The notes beneath the pieces are model-generated. The model did not search any database. It was not told the origin of the DNA and saw nothing but the letters and a program-made list of their open reading frames with translations. A DNA stretch of 64,000 bases from Bacteroidetes bacterium UBA6183 (GTDB taxonomy: Bacteria; Bacteroidota; Bacteroidia; UKL13-3). Within the stretch, counting starts at the first letter, position 1, and each line of letters starts with the position of its first letter. A program made the translations under genes and the position numbers. The DNA lies in contig DITN01000100.1 in assembly GCA_002422865.1 (NCBI GenBank), positions 8,299 to 72,298 of the forward strand. The letters run 5' to 3'. Shown in pieces: positions 28,081-37,700 of this stretch.

Positions 28081-28716
28081 TTATTTATGGTCTTCAACCT
28101 CGTTATTTTCTGTTGCAACTTTTGCATCATCAATATTTTGGTTTGAAGTTGTTTCTTCTTTAAAAAATGTTTTTTGTCCTAAAAGTATAATTACAAAACC
28201 AATACTTATTGCAGCATCGGCCACATTAAACACCGGCCTAAAAAATTCAAAATCTTCTCCGGCCCAAAATGGCCAGTTTTCGGGTATGGTAGTTTGAATG
28301 ATGGGAAAGTAGAACATATCAACAACCCTTCCGTGAAACCATGCATCATAACCAAACATTACACCATAAAAAACGCTGTCAATAATATTACCCAAGGCAC
28401 CTGATAAAATTAACGCCCAAGCAGTAACATACCATTTGTGTGCATCTTTTTTGGTTAAATCAACAATATACCAACCAATAAAACCAACAGCAACTAAACG
28501 AAACAAAGTAAGTAGTATTTTACCTCCTTTACCACCAAACTCTAAGCCGAAAGCCATACCGTAATTTTCGGTAAAATGTATACGAAACCAATCGCCAAGC
28601 ACATGTATTTCTTCACCCAAGTAAAAATTTGTTTTGATGTAAAGTTTCACCAATTGGTCGATAAGCAATACACCAAACACAAGCAGTATAGGAAGTACGA
28701 GTTTTTTAAAATTCAT
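28081..28716 (-). CDS. lspA: lipoprotein signal peptidase II
   Basis: 211 aa. Four transmembrane helices. 'NYGMAFG' and 'FNVADAAISIG' are LspA catalytic-region motifs. Confidence 0.85.
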   Translation of the reverse strand: MNFKKLVLPILLVFGVLLIDQLVKLYIKTNFYLGEEIHVLGDWFRIHFTENYGMAFGLEFGGKGGKILLTLFRLVAVGFIGWYIVDLTKKDAHKWYVTAWALILSGALGNIIDSVFYGVMFGYDAWFHGRVVDMFYFPIIQTTIPENWPFWAGEDFEFFRPVFNVADAAISIGFVIILLGQKTFFKEETTSNQNIDDAKVATENNEVEDHK

Positions 28717-28781
28717 TTTTTGCTTTTAAGAGCAGCAAAAGTATGAAACTACAAGCAATTTATGCGTACTTATCCTATCAA

Positions 28782-31700
28782 TTAAAATGCAATTCCTAAT
28801 CCAAACCTAAAGAACCAATTGTTATTGTTGGTGTTTGAAATAACCTTTCCGGCATCAACCCTTAGGATACTGAAAATATTGGCTAATCCAATATAGGCCT
28901 CTGTATATGTGTTAGATGATGATTGTAAAAAGTTTATACCGGCTAATTCGTAGGCTCTGGTTTTCCGAAGTAATGGCACTTTACCAACAAAAAAGCTCCT
29001 GAAGTTTTGTAATGCATGTATTTCAATGTACTCGTTTTGGGTACTTAAACCATAATAGTTAAGCGCATGAAAAGCAGTTAGTCGTTCACGTGAATTATTA
29101 TTACCGATGGCATTAAGGTTGGGAGGATTACTTAAAAATAGGGTTTGATTGCCATTAAAATGTTTGTAATCTACAAATGCCATATTGCTTGTGTTGAAGA
29201 ACATCCCCGCATTGGCATCAAAACTAAAAATGCCCAATAATTTTAAGTCGAAATCTTTCCCTGTTCCTATCTCTAAATGTTGGTAGTTAAATGTAAGTCC
29301 GCTAAGCGCAATACCTTGTTTAAAGCTTGCGTAAATATCCGGATACCGACTGCCAAGAATACGTTTGTATTCAGGGTAACTCTCAAATTTTTGTTTATGT
29401 ATGTATCTTAATGCGATACCATATTCTATGCTTTGGTGTGTTATAAATGCCGGTGCATCATTATAAGGAGACAACGGATTATTAGATGTAAATGCTCTTT
29501 TATCTCTGTCGGCAAAAGAAAAATCAGCATGATTGGTTAAAGCAATACGCTGTTGCCATTGCAAATTAATAGAGGAGTATAATCCGTTTACCAACTCCCT
29601 TGAAAAAGTAGCTCCGGCTACATTTTTTTGTAAAAGCTTGGCATAATTTAACCTGTCAAATAGCGTATATGCTGAATTAAGTAAGGTGTTAATAGGTTCG
29701 GCATCATTGTATTGTTGTATAAAACTACCCAACTTAATACCAATACGCGTGCTTGTTTTGGGGTGAATAGATTTATTGGCAATTAAGCCCAATGCTAAAT
29801 TTCGGTTAACAAACCCATATCTGATAATTGGTACAACAGAAATATACTTACGGCTATTGTAATGGTATTTGTAATAGTTGAGTTTGTAGTTAATAAATGC
29901 GCCTTCTACTGTATTGTAACCAATCGTTAACGGCAATGTTCCGGTACTGAAACTTTTCCAAATGGTATCATTTTTTTTGCTGTATGTGTAGCCTGAAAAT
30001 AAAAGTTTGCTAAGGGTAAATTTATTTCGCTTTCGGTCCATACTATCCAAATATTGCGGTGTATTATGGGCTGCATAAATACTATCCGATTTTCGGTAGT
30101 GTTTGTCTTCCTCTTCGGTTAATATAATGGTTCGGGTTGTATTCCAGTATTGGGTATCTTTTTTATTGGCACTTTTATCAATACTAAATACTTCGTAATT
30201 AAAAAACTTATTGCCAAACGCAGCATTCACGTTGTAATTACTCATACTGGCCACACTCATGTCGGTAGCCTTAAAACCAAATATTTTAATATGGCTGTAT
30301 AGTTTCAGTTGTAGGGGAACCAATATCTCATTTTCGGTGGTCATTTCTTGTTGTAAAAACAAGGTATCAACAAATTCTATTTGTGCATCTTTGGTTATAA
30401 ATAAATCAACACCATAAATTTGGTAGTCGGCACTGCTAATGTAGATATGTCCATTAAACAGCGGGTCGCCTTTGCGCAGCGGAGTGACTTTAAGTTTAAA
30501 AATATCTTTCCCTTCTGCTACAAAGGTTCCTTCGTATTTGTATTTATAATTTAACATGGCCAATGGTGCAATTGGAGATACAAAAGGGCGTTCACTGTAA
30601 TAAGTAAGTTGAACAGTAGGCTCATAAAAATTGATAAATACATCCTCAACGCGGTTAAAGCTAAAACCTTGTTTTTGTCCGGCAACACGCGAGGCTATCA
30701 TGGTTTCTTTTACTTTGTCGGGTTTTTCAAAATTGTATTTCGCTACCGACTCAGATAAATATACCAAACCTAATAGACTCGAATCAATTTTACCTTCATC
30801 ACCATTACTCACTAACTTTAAAAAAGATGGAATTTTCTTAGGTATCTCATCCAATTTGGCGGTACTTTTCATGTACACATCAGCCGAGAAACTATTTACC
30901 TTGTCGTAGTTTTGTTTACGCATTCTGATGGCTTTTTTTATGATGCTAATTGCAGGGTCTTTTCCATCAGCTGTAACCAATGCTGTTTTAAGTAAAAACA
31001 CCTCACTTTTTAACCGTACTAATAAATCGGAGGTACGTGTATTCATATCAATTTTAACACGTTGTTTTTCAAAACCGATGCTTTGTACCACGATGGTAAT
31101 ATTGTCGGTTGTTTTTAATCGTAAAGTAAATTCACCTTCGCTATTGCTGTTGGTTCCAACACCAGTTTTTTCAATATAAATATTTGCATATTCAATGGGG
31201 TTATTATGCACGTCAACCACTTTGCCTTTTAGCATAATGTAGTTTTCTTTAACACCCAAATGGTGCATGATGTATGCTTGTGCAAATGCCCTTTCTTTAA
31301 GTGCTGCATATCTACCTGAGGCTCCACCGTGGCCACCTTCCATATTTGTTTTGAATAATATTTGGTTGGTATCGGTTTTTAATTCACGCAGTTTGGCCAC
31401 CCATTTTGCAGGTTCCCAATAACCAACTTGTGCATCATTATAGCCTGCTGTAACCAGCATATTCGGATAATTTTTTCGCGTTACATTATCATAAGGCGAG
31501 TATGATTTCATGTAATCGTAGTATTTTTTTTGCTTGGGATTTCCCCATTCTTCAAACTCAAAAGTGGTGAGCGGAATACTTTCATCAAGCATGGTATTTA
31601 TTACATCAACAAAAGGTACATTGGCTACCGCACATTTAAATAAATCGGGGCGCATATTAACAACAGCACCTACCAATAAACCTCCGGCCGAACCGCCTTG

Positions 31701-33353
31701 TATGGCTAACTTTTTGGTGCTGGTGTATTTCTGGCTGATTAAAAATTCGGCACACGCTATGAAGTCTAAAAAGGTGTTTTTCTTGTTTAAAAGTTTACCA
31801 TCTTCATACCACTGCATGCCTAAATCATTACCACCCCTTATGTGTGCACTCGCCAAAATAAAACCCCTGTTTAAAAAACTAATATCTGCACTTGAAAAAG
31901 CCACCGTATTTGGTGCACCATAACTGCCATAACCGGTTAATAGGGTAGGGTTGTTGCCATTTAAAACCAATCCTTTTTTGTAAGTAACGGTTAATGGAAC
32001 CCAAACCCCGTCATGAGAGGGTGCATAAATGCGTTTGGTTTCATATTTCGATGATTGATAGGGTTCATTGATGCTATCTCGCTCTACAAAACGGGTTGAT
32101 TTATCAAGCAGGTTGTATTCGTACGTTGTGCTTGGCTCAATGTCGTTGGTTACGGTATATTCTATGGTATTTGTTTTTTGATAATCGTACTCAGTAAAAT
32201 TATATCCAATGCTATAAATGGGTAAGTTGGTTTTAATGGTATCAGTAATTTGTGTTGTTCTGTTTTTGATGATGATACGTTCTTGGGCGTTTTCTTTTTC
32301 GGTGTAGATGAGGTAGTTTTTAAGTAATGCGGTGGATTCTAATAATATGTTTTTGCGATGAGGTAAGATTGTTTCCCACTTGGCGGGGTCGTTAATACCA
32401 ATAGGCGTTTTAACCAATTTATAGTTTATGGCTTGGTGGTTTGTAGTGATGTAAAACTCTTGTCCTTCGTAGTGATTGAGGCTATAAATTAAATCAGGTT
32501 TACGTTTTAAAAATAAAGTAGGTTTAGTTTGGTCATCAAGCGCTGATAAGTAGTACACCTCATTACTTTTGGTTTTACTTAGGTTAAAAGTTATAAATTG
32601 TTTTGATGATGTTTTACCCATACCAATTTGTATGGTTTTATCGGTTTCTTCAAGAATTAACTCGTCTGTGGTGTAGTGTGTACCTAATTTATGTCTGTAT
32701 ACACGATAAGCTCTATTGGTTTTGGGTTCGGGTATGGTGTAATAGAAGGTACGGTTGTCTTCAGCCCAAATAAAAGAAGTAACAGCCGGAATGGTATCAG
32801 TTAACAGAGAGTCGCCATCAATGTGTTTAATGAATAATTTCCCAATATTGTTTCCTTTATCATCAATGGCATATGCAAATAATGTTTGGTCAGGACTCAT
32901 GCTCGACACGGTGAGCGAAAAATACATATACTGCTGAGCCAACACGTTTAAATCAAGCACCAGTTGTTCTTTGGCAGTAAGCGAATCTTTCTTGCGATAG
33001 ATAGCGGGGTAATCTTTGTCCTTTATGGTACGGGTATAGTAATAATAATTTTTATTTTTTGAAGGGCGTGTATCTCTGGCTTCAATCAGTCGCTTGCGCA
33101 TTTCATCAAAAATTACTTTTTGTAATAATGCTGATGATTTCATTACGGCATCAGCATGGGCGTTATTGGCATATAAATAGTTAACCACTTCAGCACTGAA
33201 CTTGTCGCGCATCCAAAAATATTCGTCTGTTAAAGTATCCTGATGAACAACCGTTGTATGTTTAATTTTTTCGGTTTTGGGATAATCGAGTTGTTGCCCC
33301 CATGCCACTAACGTAAGTGTTAAACTTGAGATGAGTAGTATAAAGTTTTTCAT
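28782..33353 (-). CDS. in-frame fusion: oligopeptidase B (S9A prolyl-oligopeptidase family) + CarbopepD_reg_2/DUF5686 outer-membrane-type module
   Basis: 1523-aa uninterrupted ORF. Residues ~1-705 form a signal peptide plus beta-propeller plus S9 catalytic domain ('LAIQGGSAGGLLVGAV' Ser nucleophile, 'GYNDAQV', 'GGHGG'). The junction '...AYIMHHLGVKENYIMLKGKVVDVHNN' (around 31235-31260) runs straight into a carboxypeptidase-regulatory-like domain and ~800 aa of Y/N/F-rich DUF5686-like sequence ending '...WFFRFGLGIAF'. Confidence 0.7.
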   Translation of the reverse strand: MKNFILLISSLTLTLVAWGQQLDYPKTEKIKHTTVVHQDTLTDEYFWMRDKFSAEVVNYLYANNAHADAVMKSSALLQKVIFDEMRKRLIEARDTRPSKNKNYYYYTRTIKDKDYPAIYRKKDSLTAKEQLVLDLNVLAQQYMYFSLTVSSMSPDQTLFAYAIDDKGNNIGKLFIKHIDGDSLLTDTIPAVTSFIWAEDNRTFYYTIPEPKTNRAYRVYRHKLGTHYTTDELILEETDKTIQIGMGKTSSKQFITFNLSKTKSNEVYYLSALDDQTKPTLFLKRKPDLIYSLNHYEGQEFYITTNHQAINYKLVKTPIGINDPAKWETILPHRKNILLESTALLKNYLIYTEKENAQERIIIKNRTTQITDTIKTNLPIYSIGYNFTEYDYQKTNTIEYTVTNDIEPSTTYEYNLLDKSTRFVERDSINEPYQSSKYETKRIYAPSHDGVWVPLTVTYKKGLVLNGNNPTLLTGYGSYGAPNTVAFSSADISFLNRGFILASAHIRGGNDLGMQWYEDGKLLNKKNTFLDFIACAEFLISQKYTSTKKLAIQGGSAGGLLVGAVVNMRPDLFKCAVANVPFVDVINTMLDESIPLTTFEFEEWGNPKQKKYYDYMKSYSPYDNVTRKNYPNMLVTAGYNDAQVGYWEPAKWVAKLRELKTDTNQILFKTNMEGGHGGASGRYAALKERAFAQAYIMHHLGVKENYIMLKGKVVDVHNNPIEYANIYIEKTGVGTNSNSEGEFTLRLKTTDNITIVVQSIGFEKQRVKIDMNTRTSDLLVRLKSEVFLLKTALVTADGKDPAISIIKKAIRMRKQNYDKVNSFSADVYMKSTAKLDEIPKKIPSFLKLVSNGDEGKIDSSLLGLVYLSESVAKYNFEKPDKVKETMIASRVAGQKQGFSFNRVEDVFINFYEPTVQLTYYSERPFVSPIAPLAMLNYKYKYEGTFVAEGKDIFKLKVTPLRKGDPLFNGHIYISSADYQIYGVDLFITKDAQIEFVDTLFLQQEMTTENEILVPLQLKLYSHIKIFGFKATDMSVASMSNYNVNAAFGNKFFNYEVFSIDKSANKKDTQYWNTTRTIILTEEEDKHYRKSDSIYAAHNTPQYLDSMDRKRNKFTLSKLLFSGYTYSKKNDTIWKSFSTGTLPLTIGYNTVEGAFINYKLNYYKYHYNSRKYISVVPIIRYGFVNRNLALGLIANKSIHPKTSTRIGIKLGSFIQQYNDAEPINTLLNSAYTLFDRLNYAKLLQKNVAGATFSRELVNGLYSSINLQWQQRIALTNHADFSFADRDKRAFTSNNPLSPYNDAPAFITHQSIEYGIALRYIHKQKFESYPEYKRILGSRYPDIYASFKQGIALSGLTFNYQHLEIGTGKDFDLKLLGIFSFDANAGMFFNTSNMAFVDYKHFNGNQTLFLSNPPNLNAIGNNNSRERLTAFHALNYYGLSTQNEYIEIHALQNFRSFFVGKVPLLRKTRAYELAGINFLQSSSNTYTEAYIGLANIFSILRVDAGKVISNTNNNNWFFRFGLGIAF

Positions 33354-33471
33354 GCAGTAGTGTATTGTTTGGTAAAGAAAGTGTGTAGTCGTCTTAAAAT
33401 CAAGTAAAATAGATAAAGGCGCACTTATCAGGATAAGCGGATATAAAAGGTGTTTCTTTTGTTTAACGGCA

Positions 33472-33505
33472 TAAAAAAAGCGGCTAGCATATGCTAACCG
33501 CTTTA
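33472..33505 (-). terminator. terminator after the DksA-like gene
   Basis: 'agcggctagcat' (33479-33490) pairs with 'atgctaaccgct' (33491-33502). On the minus strand the hairpin is followed by TTTTTTT. Confidence 0.6.
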
Positions 33506-33524
33506 AATTTTTATGAAGTATTGT

Positions 33525-34760
33525 TTATTTATACTGTTGCAATTTAGCTTCCATACTTAAAGTGGTATGAGGCACTGCACGTAGTCTTTCTTTAGGAATT
33601 AACTTACCTGTTACTTTGCAAATACCGTATGTTTTATTTTCGATACGAACCATTGCGTTTTCAAGGTTTTCTATAAACTTCTTTTGACGTGCAGCCAATT
33701 GTGCGATGTATTCTTTTTCTTGACTTGAAGAACCATCTTCGGCAGTTTTGTATGAACTATCAGTATCATCACCCGCGTTCATGCCTGGGTTTTGCATTTG
33801 ATCCATCAAATCAGCCAATTCTTTGCGCGCAATTTCTAATTTTTTATTGATGATGTCTCTGAACTCTGCTAAGTCGGCATCACTGTAGCGTTTTGCTTCT
33901 GTAGCTTTTTCTAAGGCATCTTTTTTCTCTACAAAATGAACCGGTTTAGCAGCAACAGCTCTTTCCACTTGTTCTTTTTTCTCCAATATTTTTTGAATTG
34001 GATTAACAACCGGAGCGGCTTCTGCTTTTTTGCTCACTTTAGCAGGTTTAGCTGTAGGCTTTGGTGCCGTTTTAACTTCTGCTTTTTTAACAACAGGTTT
34101 AGCTACTTCAACCACTTTTTTAGGAGCAGGTTTAGCCGCTACTTTTTTAGCAACCACCTTTTTAGGAGCAGGTTTAGCCGTTACCTTTTTCGCTACCACT
34201 TTTTTAGGAGCAGGTTTAGCCGCTACTTTTTTAGCAACCACCTTTTTAGGAGCAGGTTTAGCCGTTACCTTTTTCGCTACTACTTTTTTAGGAGCCGGTT
34301 TCGCTGCTACCTTTTTTGCCACTACTTTTTTAGGAGCCGGTTTAGCTGCTACTTTTTTAGCAACCACCTTTTTAGGAGCGGGTTTAGTTGCTACCTTTTT
34401 CGCCACTACCTTTTTAGGAGCGGGTTTAGCCGCAACTTTTTTCGCTACTACCTTCTTAGGGGCCGGTTTAGCTGCTACTTTTTTCGCCACTACTTTCTTA
34501 GGGGCCGGTTTGGCTGCTACTTTTTTCGCCACTACTTTTTTAGGAGCCGGCTTAGCCGCTACTTTTTTCACAACCACCTTTTTAGGAGCCGGTTTAGCTG
34601 CTACCTTTTTAGCTACCACTTTCTTAGGAGCAACTTTTTTAGCTACCGGTTTTGCAGTTGCTTTTTTTGCAACGGCTTTTTTTGCAATTGGTTTAGCAGC
34701 AGGTTTAGCTGCCTTTTTTGGAGCTGGCTTCGCAGCCTTTTTTATCAGTTTCTTAGCCAT
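33525..34760 (-). CDS. DksA/TraR-family C4-zinc-finger-like protein with a long N-terminal histone-H1-like Lys/Ala/Pro repeat extension
   Basis: 411 aa. Residues ~1-225 are basic repeats 'AKPAPKKVVAKKVA' x ~12. The C-terminal ~130 aa are DksA/TraR-like (coiled-coil 'DLAEFRDIINKKLEIARKELADLMDQ', then 'ENKTYGICKVTGKLIPKERLRAVPHTTLSMEAKLQ', which retains a single Cys). It sits between ileS and lspA, where Bacteroidota usually carry a small TraR/DksA gene. Confidence 0.65.
   Translation of the reverse strand: MAKKLIKKAAKPAPKKAAKPAAKPIAKKAVAKKATAKPVAKKVAPKKVVAKKVAAKPAPKKVVVKKVAAKPAPKKVVAKKVAAKPAPKKVVAKKVAAKPAPKKVVAKKVAAKPAPKKVVAKKVATKPAPKKVVAKKVAAKPAPKKVVAKKVAAKPAPKKVVAKKVTAKPAPKKVVAKKVAAKPAPKKVVAKKVTAKPAPKKVVAKKVAAKPAPKKVVEVAKPVVKKAEVKTAPKPTAKPAKVSKKAEAAPVVNPIQKILEKKEQVERAVAAKPVHFVEKKDALEKATEAKRYSDADLAEFRDIINKKLEIARKELADLMDQMQNPGMNAGDDTDSSYKTAEDGSSSQEKEYIAQLAARQKKFIENLENAMVRIENKTYGICKVTGKLIPKERLRAVPHTTLSMEAKLQQYK
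34100..34610. repeat. about 12 tandem copies of a near-identical 42-nt repeat (encoding KKVVAKKVAAKPAP) inside the DksA-like gene
   Basis: Directly visible periodicity, e.g. 'ggagcaggtttagccgctacttttttagcaaccacctttttag', repeated with only occasional point differences. Confidence 0.9.
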
Positions 34761-34766
34761 AAGGAG

Positions 34767-37700
34767 TTAATTAGCTTTAGTTAATTGAACTTTTATAAGG
34801 TGTTCGTCAACCTCTATTTCTGCCGAAAGCCCTGCTGTTGCTACAATCTCAAGCTTATCAGCTAAAATTTCCGTGCAAATATATGTTTTATAAGCATTTA
34901 TCGCATCGTTTATATAATCGTGCGATTGCAATTGAACATTAATTTTATCAGTTACCTCTAAGCTGGTTTCTTTACGTAAGGCTTGTAGTTTGCTAACTAC
35001 CTCACGAGCAATGCCTTCCAATTTAAGTTCAGGACTTATTTCCACATCTAAGGCCACCGTAACTTTACCTTCATTGGCTACTTTGTACCCTGTAATATCT
35101 TTCGACATGATTTCCACATCGGTAATTTCCAAGGTCATTTTTTCGCCATCAACCACTATAACATAACTGCTATTTTGCTCTAATTCGGCAATTTGTTCTG
35201 TTTTCATGGCTAAAATAGCATCGCCAACAGCTTTCATTTTGGCACCTACTTTTTTACCCAATACCCTAAAGTTTGGTTTGATAGATTTTTCAATCTCTTC
35301 TATAAACTCCAGTTGTTTTACGTTTACTTCAGAAAGTATCAAATCTTGCACATGTATAATTTCGTCTTTTATACGTGTATCAACCATTGGTATTAATATT
35401 TTTTGAAGTGGCTGACGAACTTTAATGTTTTCTTTTTTACGAATAGATAACACCAATGAAGATATTTTTTGTGCATACTCCATTTGTTCTTCTAAGCGCA
35501 GGTCAATTACTTTTTCATCAGCGTTAACTAAATCAGTTAAATGCACCGACTCGCTTTTGCCATTTAAGTTTTTGTATACCCAATCGCTAAAGAATGGTGC
35601 AAACGAACTGCTTAACTGTGATACCGTAATTAAACATTGGTATAAAGTTTCGTAAGCTGCTTTTTTATCGGCATTCATTTCGCCTTTCCAGAAACGTCTG
35701 CGGCTTAAACGAATAAACCAGTTACTGAAATGGTCGCTAGTAAATTCTTCAATGGCACGAACAGCCGGTGTGGCATCGTAATCGTCCATGCGCTCACGAA
35801 CCAATTTAACCAAACTGTTTAGTTTACTCATGATCCAACGATCCAATTCGGTGCGTTCGCTTATTGGTGTTACGTTGTTTTCGTCAAACTCAAACCCATC
35901 AATATTGGCGTAAATAGCAAAGAAAGAATAAGTGTTGTATAAGGTTCCAAAAAACTTACGTTGACTTTCCGCTACACCTTCCAAATCAAATTTTAGGTTG
36001 TCCCAAGGGTCGCTATTGCCCAACATGTACCAACGCGTGGCATCCGCACCGTATTTGGCAATTGTAGTAAACGGATCAACAATGTTGCCCAAACGTTTAC
36101 TCATTTTTACGCCATTTTTATCCAAAACCAATCCGTTGGCAATTACATTTTTAAAGGCAATGCCCGGGTTATTGTTTTGTTGGTTGATGGCTTTAATTTC
36201 ATCACTGCACTCATTTAATAAAACGGCCAAAGCATGTAAGGTAAAGAACCACCCACGGGTTTGATCTACTCCTTCGGCAATAAAATCAGCCGGGTAGTTT
36301 TCGTTTAACGGAATTTCTTTATTAAAAGGAAAATTCCATTGCGCATATGGCATAGCTCCGCTATCAAACCAAACATCAATTAAATCGGCTTCGCGGAACA
36401 TTTTTTCACCCTTACTCGAAACCAACACCACATCATCCACGTATGGTTTGTGCAAGTCTTTCATTTCAAAGTCTTGCGGAATAAATCCTGCGGTTTTTGC
36501 TTTGGTTATTTCTTCGTGCAACTCGGCATTAGAGCCAATACATTTTTCTTCGCTGCCATCTTCAGTTCTCCAAATTGGTAGTGGAGTTCCCCAATAACGC
36601 GAGCGTGATAAATTCCAATCTACCAAGTTCTCTAACCAGTTGCCAAAACGCCCGGTTCCGGTGTGTTCCGGTTTCCAATTAATTTTCTGGTTGGCCTCAA
36701 CCAACTTGTCTTTGTATGCAGTAGTTTTAATAAACCAACTCTCTAACGGATAATATAAAATAGGTTTATCGGTACGCCAACAATGTGGGTAAGGATGCTC
36801 GTATTTTTCTTTCTTAAACAATTTACCTTCGGTTTGTAGCTTAAGAATGATGCGCTCATCTACACTTAGGTAATTTAATTTAGAGGTATCTTTTATTACC
36901 CCACTTAACTTTTCTTTTTGTATGGTTAACGATGCTTCTTTTTCAGCATCGGTTAAGTAGGCTTCCTTTACGTACTCTTCGCCAAATAAAAATTGTCCGT
37001 CTTGCACCTCAGGTAAAAATTTACCACGCTTATCCACCAACGTTAAACTGCCAATGCCGTTTTGTTTGGCCACCCTAAAGTCGTCTGCACCAAAACTTGG
37101 CGCAATATGTACGATACCTGTACCATCTTCGGTGGTTACAAAATCTCCGGTTATTACTTTAAACGCATCACCATTTTCTACTTTGGCAAAAGGCAACAAT
37201 TGCTCGTAACGTATGCCGGCTAAATCGGCACCTTTAATTTCTTTTACTACTTCAAATGGAATGTTTTTATCACCTGCTTTGTAATCACCTAATTTTAACT
37301 CCGCATTTTCTGCTTTAAAATGTTTGCCCAATAAATCTTTTGCCAACACAACTGTGCATGGATGGTGTGTATTGGGGTTGAACGTTTTTACAAGTGCATA
37401 ATCAATTTTAGCACCAACGGCTAATGCGGTGTTTGATGGTAAAGTCCATGGAGTGGTGGTCCAAGCCAAAAAATACACATCACCTTCAAATGGAGCGTGA
37501 ATGGCTTTAAACATGGCCACAGCCGTGTTGTCTTTTACATCTTTATACGTGCCCGGCTGGTTTAGCTCGTGAGAGCTTAATCCGGTTCCTGCCGCAGGAG
37601 AGTACGGTTGAATGGTGTACCCTTTATACAATAAACCTTTATTGTACAATTGTTTTAAAATCCACCAAAGCGATTCAATATAGTTGTTGTCGTAGGTTAC

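Noticed and set aside
26781-28133. pepP start at 28133 (the 'MMMQKLQQ...' extension)
   Set aside because: The extension overlaps lspA by 53 nt and is not part of the M24 fold. The internal ATG at 28073 leaves a 7-nt gap, so the shorter model was adopted.
28782-33353. Treating the 1523-aa ORF as two annotated genes
   Set aside because: There is no stop codon between the halves in the given sequence. I report it as a fusion but flag possible sequencing or assembly error rather than silently splitting it.
34100-34610. Regular 42-nt repeat array as a CRISPR candidate
   Set aside because: The units are directly abutting with no unique spacers. They are in-frame coding and encode a basic peptide repeat. 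There are no cas genes nearby.
33936-34784. Two long plus-strand ORFs (282 and 246 aa) full of 'FRSRFSRY' or 'TFLGAGLAATF' repeats
   Set aside because: They are alternative-frame or opposite-strand readings of the 42-nt tandem repeat inside the minus-strand DksA-like gene. Low-complexity repeat DNA stays open in several frames. The minus-strand frame has the coherent start, the DksA domain and the terminator.
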